A stretch of 64,000 nt of DNA, taken from assembly GCA_051294375.1 (NCBI GenBank), contig CM119266.1:7774606-7838605 (forward strand), written 5' to 3'. The position numbers and the translations under genes are program-made. Positions 27,435-43,395 of this stretch are shown piece by piece; within the stretch, counting starts at the first letter, position 1; each line of letters begins with the position of its first letter. Below the pieces are notes generated by a model, which was not told where the DNA came from, did not search any database, and worked only from the letters and a program-made list of their open reading frames with translations. This DNA is from Paraspadella gotoi. Taxonomy: Eukaryota > Animalia > Chaetognatha.

Positions 27435-29230
27435 AGAGAGACGATGGAGGGATTGAGCGTCGTTGTCCTCGTCGTCGTCATCGTTGTCGTTATCTCACCT
27501 GCGGGGCCTCCACCTCGTGAGGCAAATCCGTGAGTTCGTCGTCCCGAAAACCTGAAAAGAATTCGCGTTGTCATAGCGACGGGAGCATCAGGGTCGTTTC
27601 TAATCCTTGTCAAATTGCTAAAGTGCTTTCGACGTCATAGTCGTCGTCGACGTCTTCGTCACCAAACTTATCCAATTAACAAACCGGGAAATGAGCAAAA
27701 CTCGAGCGTCTTCATCCTCGCGTCGTAAACTTTTTCCGCGAAACTTTTCTTCTTAGTTTTCTTCGTCGTCGTCGTCGTCGTCCTCGTCGTCGTCGTTGTT
27801 GTCAACGCCACCGCGCGGTCATTCACTCCATCTTTATCCGCAGGTTCGACTGTTTCGTCTTTAACCATCACGTCTCTGACAACATCTGCGACCATTTTAT
27901 CTTCGACCACTCCTTTCGCCGCTCCCTCCTTGACCACTCCCTCCTTGACCACTCCCTCCTTGACCACTCCCTCCTTGACCACTCCCTCCTTGACCACCTC
28001 CTCCGGCAAAAATCGTTGTGGGACAAAGAAGAGATTTTGGTTGAGTCGAGATTCGCGGGCGACGGGAGAAGAAGAGAGCATCGAGTCTGGAGACGGAGGG
28101 GGGGGGAGGGTGAAGGTCAATTAAAGGCGAAGTGAGTTGATGGAAGTTTATAATCATTAATCTTTATTCAGATCTCCGATCTCGTCTTATTATTCTTTTC
28201 TGGTCGGTCAGTCAGTAAACACTTTATTACGAAGAAATTAGCTCAAGTATTAAATAAAAAGGTTTTGTTATCTAAATCGCGCCTAAAGAAGCAGAATTAA
28301 TACTTTAGGAAAAAAAAATTTAAATTATTCAAATCACGCTTTTTTTGGAGCTTGAAAGAAAACGAGAAAGAAAATAAAAGGTAAATTGGTTTATTCTTTG
28401 GCTTCTTTGTTTCTCCTGTCTCTGTTCCCCTTCCCCCCCTCCCCCCCCACCACCCGCATCAATCCCTCACCCACGATCGGCTGCATCCGCTTCTCCAACT
28501 CCTCCGCCGCCTCCAACAGTTTGTCGATGGGCGAGAGATCGAGAGGGATGCTCGCCTTCAGATCCTCCATGACTTCGTCGAGGCTTCCGAGGACGATGTC
28601 TCCCGCGTCGGGGATGTCCACTTCGTCGTCATCGTCGTCATCGTCGTCGTCGTCGTCGTCATCGTCGTCGGGAATTCTCAACTCCGTCGTCGTCCCTTCC
28701 GCCGTCGCGAGTCTGAATCTCGGCGACGTCGATTGTGGTTCGTACGGCGCCGCCACCAATCCCGGCGTTCTCCCCGGCGCCGCCGCCAATCCCGGCGTTC
28801 TTTCGGGAACCGATTCTGGCGTCGTCTCGGCAGCCGACTCTCTATCCCTCAGAATCGGGTGTCGGGGCTCCGGTCTTCCGGAACTCCCGATGACGCCGCT
28901 CCGACGCCGCGATAGAAGACGGCGTCCCCGACGCCCTCCGAGATCCAGTGCCTCGAGGAATCCAATCATCTCGGCGTCGGCGAGGCGTTGGAGACGCTCC
29001 TCGTAGGCGGCGCCCACCCGGACAAAGGGCGAGATGGAAGAGACGGCGTCGGTGGCGGCGCTGGAGACGGCGCGACGCCGCGAAGTTCGCGACGGCGTCG
29101 ATATCGACGAGGAGGCGTCCTCGGCGGCGAGAGCGGCGCGGGCGGCGGCGGCGGCTGCGTGGGCACGGGTGAGTGGCGCCGCCCGGAAGGAAGAAAGGAT
29201 GATGTCGCGGAATTCGTCCCTGATCACCAT
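24584..29230 (-). CDS. FAM227B: FAM227B-like (FWWh domain), multi-exon
   Basis: LEFCSFPG|FRDDELTDLPHEVEAPQ|VLSRVVRAQDF..WKKIFLSEPCIAILS|DAFWWIFMEHF..QDRLFSRIADHFTVLY..KDKFFHSYPNALAQ|AIYAAFAGAFP..WKKWKL..FNLLGRSPLV..ETYRDVI. The first exon (29230-28470) is in phase with exon 2. Confidence 0.9.
25370..25940. repeat. ~57-bp C-rich minisatellite (about 10 copies) containing the exon end and 5' splice site of a FAM227B exon
   Basis: Unit on the minus strand: GGGTGCAGAGGACGGAGATCAGGGGGCGGAGGAAGGGG-G(T/C)AAGT-... Confidence 0.9.
26878..26949 (-). tRNA. tRNA-Glu(CTC)
   Basis: Identical body; occupies 72 nt of a ~165-nt FAM227B intron, same strand as the host. Confidence 0.96.
27567..27580. promoter_or_regulatory. 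RFX X-box-like motif GTTGTCATAGCGAC
   Basis: 14-bp imperfect palindrome fitting the X-box pattern; in a FAM227B intron. Confidence 0.45.
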
Positions 29231-29919
29231 CGTGGATCGCTGTTGTTGTTGCAGATGTTTTTGTTCAAGTTTTGTTGTTTATTTGTTTATGTTTGCATCT
29301 TTTGTTGCGTCCGCGTTAGTGCCAGGCTCAATTATCCAAGCGACAATTTTGGTTTATTCTTATGACTTTATTAGTTTATCTTACTTTGAGTCATCGTTTT
29401 CTTCCCAATTATTCATCTCCAAAAAATCTAAGAGTAAAGGATTGTATAATGGAGTAAAGATATTATAATGTTTACGTAATGAAAAGTAACTGGATTCGTC
29501 AATCTATGGACACTTGAAACAACAAAAAGCTTTCTTTTCATTCTTAAGTAATTCTGACTTGGGAGGCAAGTGAATTTCTTTTTTCAAGCATGGAAACATT
29601 GTTTCAAACCGTTGCCGTAATATGTTTCAGCTTGAAAATTTTCACCATTTGAAATAAAAGTTAAAACTAATCAGTAAATAGTTAATAACAAAAATAAAAA
29701 TTACAATAAAATTATTGCGCCCATTATGATTTAGATAATGTGACAATTGAAAAGTAAAATCCTGAGTGCGATCCACGAAATACGGAGTAAAACGGTGCGT
29801 TTTTTTTTTAAATTTAAAATTGACTGATTTTCTAAAACGTTCACGACTAAATTCGCGAAAAGACGACGAGTTCACTAGCACTATGGTTCGTTTTCATTTT
29901 TTAAAGTCAATGAGATCAA

Positions 29920-29982
<63 letters not shown>

Positions 29983-30026
29983 GAGAGAGAGAGAACGTGA
30001 GAAGAGAGAGAGTGAGAGAGAGAGAT

Positions 30027-31190
30027 TCAAGGGAGCGTAGGCACCCTAATTTCCAAAACCGTGGCGAGTAAATCTTTGAGCGCCTCGATCCCGCATTCAC
30101 CGGCGTCACCTCCGCTACCGACGATGGCTTCCGGCGGCGCCGCCACCGTTCGGATGCGTCTCACCACGTCAGGCGCCACGCCGCAGTCGGTCAAAAGGCG
30201 CCGGAGCGTGAGGGCGTCGATTCGCGACGCCGGGATATCCTGAGCGAGAAAACATAAAGTCTGGGTTTCAAACAGAGGCCCCTCTTCCACAATCCACCAT
30301 CCCACCAAGTTGCAGCCACCCATTTCTACCTGCTTGCTAGCGACGACGACGATGGGCGCGCCCCCGATCCTGTAGTCGCCGGCGGCGCGCGCCAACTCCT
30401 CGGCCGCTTCGCCGAGGAGGCGTCGGTCGGCGGCGTCGATGAGGAAGAGGAGGCAATCGGTGGAGGAATAGAAGTTGGACCTGGAGGCGGAGGAGGAGGA
30501 GGAGGAGGAAGAGGAGGGGAAGAGGAAAAGGGGCGTCGAGGAGAAGAGACGTTCATATTGGTGTGGTTAAAACACCAGGAGCAGTCGCTATAATTTTACA
30601 CTAACTTAGTAAAATCTGGAGCAACATTCAGAGACATAATTATTTTAATTAATCGACTAACTTATGGCTTCTCAATCTAATAACAACAAAAACAAAAATA
30701 AAAACAAAAAAACAAACAAAAAGAACAACTAACTTCAACAAACAAAAACAACAAATTCTGACCAGAATTTTCGAAAGTCTTCTCCGCCTCCGATTTCCCA
30801 GAAATTGACGAGGAAGCGACGTTGAGTCGATGAGGAGGAGGAAGAAGAGCAGCCTGACGGCGCTGCGAGTTCGCACTGGGCGACGTTAAAGCCGTCGGTC
30901 GGCGTCGGCGGCGCCGTCGCGTCACCGCAGCCGCCCGTCAAGCGGCGCAGCAGCGTCGTCTTTCCGCTGCCTTTCAGCCCCAGAACCAAGACTTTCTTGG
31001 CGCCCGCGTTGGCCGGTCGCCCTCCGGACGCCATGCCGGAAGTGGTCGTCGCGGAGCCGGTAGTAGCCGATCCGGCACCGCCGCAGCTGCCACGGCCAAC
31101 GCGGCCGCCGACGCCGCGCCGGTAGACGAAATATGCGACGCCGCCGAGGACTAACGACGATCCCAACGCGTAGGCGACGGAGCGATACAT
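30027..31190 (-). CDS. ARL9/ARL10-like Arf-family GTPase with N-terminal hydrophobic anchor, three exons
   Basis: MYRSVAYALGSSLVLGGVAYFVYRR (TM); G1 VLVLGLKGSGKTT; G2 PTDGFN; G3 WEIGG (E for D, as in ARL9/10); LLFLIDAAD; G4 ASKQ|D. Confidence 0.85.
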
Positions 31191-32135
31191 ATTTTTTTTT
31201 TTGGCCGAGAGAGGGAGCGACGACGTAGATGGCGTTATGAGTGGCGCGGCGATTTGAAGCGAATCACCGGTAGAGGGCGAAGACGAGAAGATGATCGAAA
31301 CGAACTCATAATCGGACGATGATTGACGGAAGGACGGAAAAGAAATCACCGTTTGAGAATCACCGATGATCACTGATAATCACCTCCGGTCTTTAACGAA
31401 AAAACACCCACGCGAAATTCATCGCCGCGAGATCAAGTTGGAGGAATTCAGTTAATTCCCTAATCGCAATAAAATTATAATACTTTTAACGATATTACAA
31501 TAAATGAAAAATTTAAATAAGAATAAAACAGAAACGCGTTGGGGAGGGGGATTTAGAAGATCCTATCGCTCCTTTTTGTGAACGAGAATCGTTCTCGTCG
31601 AGTTAATCGACGGTCTTTATTTTTTATTTTCGATGTGCGTTACGAGTTTCGGCGATAGAACTTGAAGGGACGGCATGATAATAAAGTCAGACGTTACTGG
31701 GTTAAAACCGATGGAAATTGTATTAACAACGTAGACAAGAGAAAAGGGAGAAAAAAAATCATTTTTGGGGAGATTTCCACGATGAAAAGAGCGACCGTCA
31801 TTTTAAAGTTGAGCGGGCGAAGGAAAACTTCCCTTTAGAATGCAGTCAAAGACGAGTTCTTTCTCTCGGCGTCAGGGATCGCATTCGTCAGAATTGTCCG
31901 TGACTGTACCAATTTTCAATGTATTCTCGCTGAGATAAAAAGGGACGTGAGAGGTTTTTTTTGGTGTTTTTTTTTGACAGTTTTTTTAATCGACGGTTTC
32001 GCGAGCGCCGAAACAAAGAGAAGAAAAGGGGATGGAACGTCGCGCCTTCACTCCATCTTCCTAACTTCTCAACATCTGCCATTAAACAACATCACAGGCT
32101 CCCCTCATCACGCTCAAAACTCCTCCTCTTCCCCA

Positions 32136-33004
32136 TCATGCCTGCATCTCCTCCTCCCAGATTCCCGTCTCGGGATTCTTGTTCATCTGTTCGAGTCTCT
32201 CTCTCCCCGCGTTGATTCGCTTCGTTTCCGTCTGCATCCGCGAGATGGCAGCGTAGGCGTTGGCGAAGAATCCCTCCAGGCGCGAGGAGGGAATTCCGGG
32301 CTCGCTGGCGCCGGCTGAAAGGGGGGAAGATTTGATTGATTGATTTATTTATTTAGGGCTTTATTGAAATATTGATATTTAAGACAGAGGTTTGTAAAAA
32401 TAATCCACTTTTTATTTTAGGAAGTTTGGCCAAGTTTAGCTTTTTCTTGAAAAAAGATTAACCGTGTCTTTTGTTTGTCTAAAAAAACCGACCGTCGTTC
32501 CGAGCTGCCTCCTGTCGGACGCATTCCGACTTAACGAAGTTCGTCAACGAATCTTCATCGTCTACGGGAGACGGGGCGCGGTCCTCGTCAATTTCGTCGT
32601 CTTTGGAGTCGAGGGCGCGAGAAGGAGGCTATGGGGGAAATAAGAATATATAAATAAGTAAATATTTGTTCCTTCTAAATTATAAAAAAACAAGGATAGC
32701 CTCTAAGTCTATCCTAAATAATGATAAAGATATTTAGATATTTATCTTTATCATTATTTAGAATAAAAGACATAGAATTTAGCTGAGTTGTGATAGAGTT
32801 CTTCCATAAAACACTCCTGGGACCCAACCGTGCTCCTCACCCAAACCCAACAAAGTTCGCTCCTGAACCCAACCGAGTTTCCACTCAACCCCAACTAAAT
32901 CCCGACCCTCAAGGCTCAACCAAACCCACCTCGATTTCAACACTCGATTCGTCCACGTCCGTCGTCTCCATTTTTTCCGAATCTTCCTCGGAATTTGAGG
33001 ACAT
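32136..33004 (-). CDS. Small orphan protein (~130 aa), three exons
   Basis: MSSNSEEDSEKMETTDVDESSVEIE|PPSRALDSKDDEIDEDRAPSPVDDEDSLTNFVKSECVRQEAARND|AGASEPGIPSSRLEGFFANAYAAISRMQTETKRINAGRERLEQMNKNPETGIWEEEMQA*. GT-AG introns have matching phases; no family recognised. Confidence 0.7.
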
Positions 33005-33256
33005 CGTTTGTTTCTTCGTTTGTTTAGTTATTCGTTTATTTAAATAACTTTTGTTTAGAATCTGATTATTTTATCGGCCGGTTTCCTTTAATATCAGTTT
33101 CATCGTCGTATTTGTTCTCTGAAATAAAGAAACTGATTTACAGACGAAATTTTAGAAGAAGACAATAGCGGAAGTCGGTAAGAGAGAATTCTACGAGGAA
33201 ATTTTATCGTCGTTGTTTATTCGTGGGAGACGTCCGCGTCGTGCGAGTGAATTACG

Positions 33257-33270
33257 GTTGCTGTGACAAC
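33257..33270. promoter_or_regulatory. RFX X-box GTTGCTGTGACAAC
   Basis: Good 14-bp match in the 404-bp gap, ~250 bp upstream of the orphan ATG. Confidence 0.6.
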
Positions 33271-33408
33271 GTTTACAACGACAGAGAAAAAAGTCGTAAA
33301 AAGTTAAACAAAGGCAATTGTGACTCTTTTACATGTAATATTTATATATATTGTTTTGTTTCATAAATTAAATAATTTTTCCCTCGTTTTCTCGAAGCTG
33401 TTCTTTTG

Positions 33409-38107
<4,699 letters not shown>

Positions 38108-38477
38108 TTGTAAATGTTGAGGATACTTATTTTTTGGACACAGTCTTAAATATTATTCGTATATAATTTGTCAAGTTTGAATGGGAAGGAAAAATAAATA
38201 TGCAATCGAATCCACAATTTTTGTTATTCTTTTTCTTTGACGAAAAATAAACCAAACAAAAAAAAATTGATGATCGTTTTTCGATTCCAAAATTCAACAC
38301 CGTCCTCAGAGTCAGACACTTCTCCACAAAGTCCGTCCACGAACACCGTCTCTCACGCCGTCATCATCCACAACACCTCAACTCTCTTGTCCACGTCGCC
38401 TTCGGTAAAGACACGTCGTCTTTATCTATGGGCGCTTGACGATTGCTCATTGCTCAATGCTTATTGTTCATAGTTTC

Positions 38478-38517
<40 letters not shown>

Positions 38518-38733
38518 TCTTCTCTCTCTCTCTCTCTCTCTCTCGTCAAATATTACCTGGAAATTTCGATCTTTGGTGGAAAACATGAAAAATGAACTTA
38601 ACAAGACGAACGAGGCGGGGGAGGCAGGGACTTACTTGCGTTCTTTGTCCATTCTTTCCAGACATTCCAATTCTTTTTTCCTATCGCGTGATTCCATAGT
38701 CGAGCCCAAGAAAAAGGGACATGTTTTTGGTCC

Positions 38734-38746
38734 GTCGCTTAGCAAC
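38734..38746. promoter_or_regulatory. RFX X-box GTCGCTTAGCAAC upstream of IFT46
   Basis: 13-bp X-box form (reverse complement GTTGCTAAGCGAC) ~630 bp upstream of the first IFT46 ATG. IFT genes are established RFX targets. Confidence 0.6.
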
Positions 38747-39015
38747 GGAAGAGCGGCACGGGATTCCGAGTCGAGACTCGAAGAGGGAGGAGGAGGAGGA
38801 GGAGGAGGAGGAGGAAGCGTCACTTTAAAAAGTCGATGTTTCTGATTTTGTTTTGTTTTGTATTTTTGATTGGGGAGGAGGAGGAGGGGGAAGGGGAATT
38901 CGGAAGGTAGTGATAGAAGTAACAGGTGTATAAGAACCTTACAAAAAGAAATAACAATAATGTAAAAAAATGATAATTAAGAATATACACTATACACTAT
39001 ACTATACACAATATA

Positions 39016-39330
39016 CAGTATGTCCCAATGGTACTGTCGGTTAACTTTTACGTATTGTGCGGAACTATATTATTAAATCTTATTTCCGAGATAACAATGT
39101 CAAAGATAAGTTCTTACAATTTATGATACTATATTTTGAATTCAATTTTTATGAATTTTTTTCTGCAGTACATTCAACTTAAATGGTTCGTTCAATTTTT
39201 TAAATTTAGGTATCCTACAAAATGGTCCATACTTGAGCGCATATTCATTATAATAAATTAAAGTATTTCGATCTGGTATAGGAGCAGTAAGCATTCTTAA
39301 CAGACAGTACCATTGCATTGGGACACACTG
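39016..39330. mobile_element. 315-bp Tc1/mariner-type MITE
   Basis: TA|CAGTATGTCCCAATGGTACTGTC ... GACAGTACCATTG(CATTG)GGACACACTG|TA: ~23-bp terminal inverted repeats (right one with a 5-bp duplication), TA flanks, AT-rich non-coding interior. Confidence 0.75.
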
Positions 39331-41773
39331 TATGTATAAGGAGATGAAAGGAGAATCAATATCTTTCATACTTGAAAAATGGATAAAAATTAAAAGATAG
39401 TGAAAAAAAATTAAGCCGAGTTTAGGCAATTATTTACAATAACAACGGATAGAAATACAGCCTGATAAACGTAGAATAGTAGAGTAGTATTAACAGTATT
39501 AACTATAACTACAACATTTTTGATGATGGATTTTTCTTTCCTTCCCAACCTTGGATGCTCTTTTGTCAATCAAGGTCATCCTCCTCCTCCACCTCCTCCA
39601 GTCGGCGGCGCCATGCGTCGCTCAAACACCGACCATGTTTCCTTTCGTCGTCGTCGTCGCTGCTGCTCAGTCGAGACTCGAACTCACCCGTCTCACTTAC
39701 TTTGCCTCACCCTGCGACTTATAGATCGGGCAGATAATTATGTTAAATTCGCAGGATTGCGCTTTTCCGACTTATTTATCGGGCGACGCCAACGAAGACG
39801 AAGTCGTTGAAATCGGTCCGAGTTGTGAGTGCTCCTTTTAAGTTTCGGGCGAATTGGTCTAGGGCGGCCGTGGAACAGCTCGGGAGCATCGTATTCTGGA
39901 GTCGGCAAGAGGATTGGGTGAGACCAAGCGGCGATTGATGGCGAGAGCGTTGAGGGAAGGGTCAGATTGAATTGAGATAAGCCTCGTTGAGATCCGAGAC
40001 ACGCCTTCTTTCTCTACGTAATGTTCGTTAAGAACCTTTCATTGTATAAGATGATGATATTTAATTTAATTTCATCTTTTCTCTACTTTAACGAGTTTGT
40101 ATCATTTTGATCATAAATAAATAATGAATACATCATTATTTGGTTGTCACTTAGTTCTTTTGGTAATTCTATCCTACTGTGACTGTGGAGTCGTTATTTG
40201 CTATTGTTAAATACACTTCTCTAATCTTTATGTGTAAAGTTAAGACGATTATCTTTAACGGTTTCTCTTTAAACGTCTTCTCCCTCTCCGCTAGTAGGTC
40301 GCGAGGTTCCTTTCATATGCACACTTTTCAGTTTAAAATTGAAATTTTGCATGACGAGGCGAAATCAGTTTTTAAGATAGCAAAGTTTAGTATTCTTATT
40401 CTTATTCCTCTCAATACCTCGTAATCCGACCGGTTTGTCTAGATATTGCAATAACTTTATTTTGAGTTTATTTCCATGGCATGTAATAAAATATGAATGG
40501 ATTAATAAATTTTAATAGTTCAGTTTTTGGCTTGTTTACCGTTTTCTAGTCTTTTACACTGTTACTGTTTTTGATTTTGTCAAAACTAAATAAAAAAAAC
40601 TGAATACTAAAGCCTTTGATTAAATGTGAAAGTGTATAAATTAAGAACATTACTAGGAAATGCTAAATGATTAATTTAAAAAATAAATAAAGTTTTGCTT
40701 TTTCTTCAATTTATTTCTCGAGAGAATATTCGATCCAACTCCTTCAATCGAGCAACGACTTTAAAATCTCTCTATCAGCACAACTTGTGACACTCTCTCT
40801 CTCTTTCTCTCTCTCTCTCTCACGTCGACTGTCTGATCGACATAATAAAAATCTAAGAGATTTCCTTCTCACAATTTGCACGACTTGGTTGTCGCCTCGA
40901 TAGAGAGAGTGAGAGAGAGTGTGTCTGTGTGAGAAATAGAGACAGAGACAAGATTAAAACGAGACGGGAGACCGATTTGCGAGGTCCTAAAAAGTCGGCA
41001 CTCGACAATCCTTTCTCATATTAAATACTTTTTTTTCGGCCTTTTTTCCCCCTTTTGTCATTTTTTTTCATTGCAAGATTTACTTTAATTAGTTTTTAGT
41101 TCACCTTAGTATTAGTTTTATTTTTAATATTTTTTACGTTTGTCAATGCTTTTTTTTTTTTGGTCTTGACTTTTCTGGATTTTTCCATTTTTTAAAAATT
41201 GGAATAGTTGAATATCAGCGGTGGGAGAGAACGGTTGCTATGTCGTATTACCAGCACCGAAAACAGGTTTAATGCCTCGCTCTCTCTCTCTCTCTCTCTC
41301 TGAAGGTATTTTTTTTAAAGCTAAACACAAGAGGCGAGCGCGACTCCTCCCCTGAACTGAATTCTTGTCTCCATTTTTACTACCAAATCGCGTTTCATGT
41401 TTTTTGTTCTAAGTAGACAAAAAGGGAAGAAAAGAATTGAAACAGAAAACAACAGCGGGATTAAAAAAAAACAAAAACAAAAAACAAATTACAAACTTCG
41501 CCGGAAGTTATGGGTGAAAAGCAATGAACTAGAGCGTTCGCGAAAAAGTCATAAAGCAATAAATAAAAGCAAAGACGCCCAACAATATGGAGCTAAGTTC
41601 CTCCTTCGCTCCGACGAGACGCTGGACATCGAACTTCTTCAAACTCGAAGCCTCTTGAAGCATCCGCGACGATGTCGTCGTCGTCGTCCTTCCGCCACGA
41701 GCCACTCTGATTGGACTCCTCTTCAACTCTCTCATCCACTTTTCCCCCAGCGCCTCTTCCCCGTCCAATCGGA

Positions 41774-43347
41774 ATGGCTGGCGCCGGGCGTTGGGGTGGC
41801 ATGGAACTCGTGCCCGGCGCGCTGGACAGACTCAGTGGCGCCTCCTCCAACACCGGCAGCGGAAGTCGGCGCGATCCAACGCCGCCGTCTAGGCAGACGC
41901 CATCGTACAGAGGTTAGGCCCGAGGGGTTGGATGGAAGAATGAGGGCGTTGCGTCTTCTGTTTTTCTTAACGGTGAATCTAATTCTTAGAAAAATTACTA
42001 ACTTTAATGCTCTGAAATAAAATCTGCTTATAAATAAGTAAATTTACAGAGTGCGTGGTTGTGTGTGTCAAGACAAGTTGCGTTTACAAAATGTGCGAGA
42101 TTTTCGCTCTATATACATTTGCAATTTTACAATGGAAGAAAAACTCTAGTGAAAACGGAAGTAAACTTTTTTTGTTAAAAACCTTGCATCGAAACTGTAC
42201 AGTACATTCTCCTTTTTAGAGAGAAAATCGCGGAATGTTTAGAGATTTTCGTTCGAGTGGTTAATCGTTAAAGCACGTGGGTCAATCACTCGGAATTCGA
42301 AGGAACGGGCTTGAATTTTACTTTAGTATGATTCTCCACCGTATTCTATTTCGGGCTAAATGTTCGAGAATAAAAAGGAAAATAAAATCGGTACTTTTCT
42401 CCTGTGAGCAAATAACTGCGATTTCTGATTTGGCCAAACGCAATCAAATCGTTGCGAAGAATCGTGACACCGACTGATGAAATCTGTAAACAATGACGAC
42501 GCAATTTGGTCTTTTTTGTGGGTAGTTTTCCTGTTATGATTGGGGGATGTTTGGAACTAAACATAAAACGAAAAACCCTTGTGAGGGGTGATATCTCTTT
42601 GTCAAATTTGATCCTATTAGATACCTTTTTTTAAGGGTTTTTGCGTTATTAATATTTAATTATTTATTTTAGCTAATTTTTCTGATAAATTTTCTCTCCC
42701 TTCTCAGGCGATTCCCATTCCGGTAGTGGCTTGACCGTCTTCCACGGTAGAAGCGGCAGCGACGGCCTGGATCCACGCGGCCTTCCGACCCGACCCCCCG
42801 GTATGGCGCCGTTCGATACAAGTAAACTATTAATGATTATTAAATAACTTCATTAAATGTTAATTTGTTAAGGCGGTGGTCGTCCACTGAGCGGCGGGAG
42901 TCGTTCGGGCAGCCGAGGAGACGTCAACGCTAGCGTCTCGCCCAACCCCGCGCAGCCCCACAGTCAGGTGGGGGATGTTTCGTACCCATTGTTCTATTTT
43001 ATAAATAAATATAAATCTAACTATTATTATGATTGAAACCCGCTCATAATGTTAGCCAAATCGCTATCCGTGCTGCCATAATGTATGGCAGCACGGATAG
43101 CGATTTGTTTATTTTATTTATTTATGGCATAAATAATAAACACCTAAAACTCCTATTTGAACGTTGTATTTTCCCTCGCAGGAAATGGTTTTGCCAAACG
43201 AGTCGGGACATCACGGATCGGGCGGCGGCAGCGGCGGTGGTGGCGTTGACCTCATCCAAAGATGCGTCATCATTCAACGAGGAGAGAAAGGCTACGGCCT
43301 CACCGTCAGCGGCGACAATCCCGTCTACGTCCAGGTAAGTTATGCCT

Positions 43348-43395
<48 letters not shown>

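Noticed and set aside
29580-29625. X-box half sites upstream of FAM227B (also near 2160, 8772, 22744 and 41234)
   Set aside because: Only one good half site each, which is expected by chance.
38290-38845. Separate small gene (..PPPPPPPP..MESRDRKKELECLERMDKERK)
   Set aside because: The next acceptor gives an immediate stop and the block contains the X-box; it is more likely IFT46 promoter or 5' UTR.
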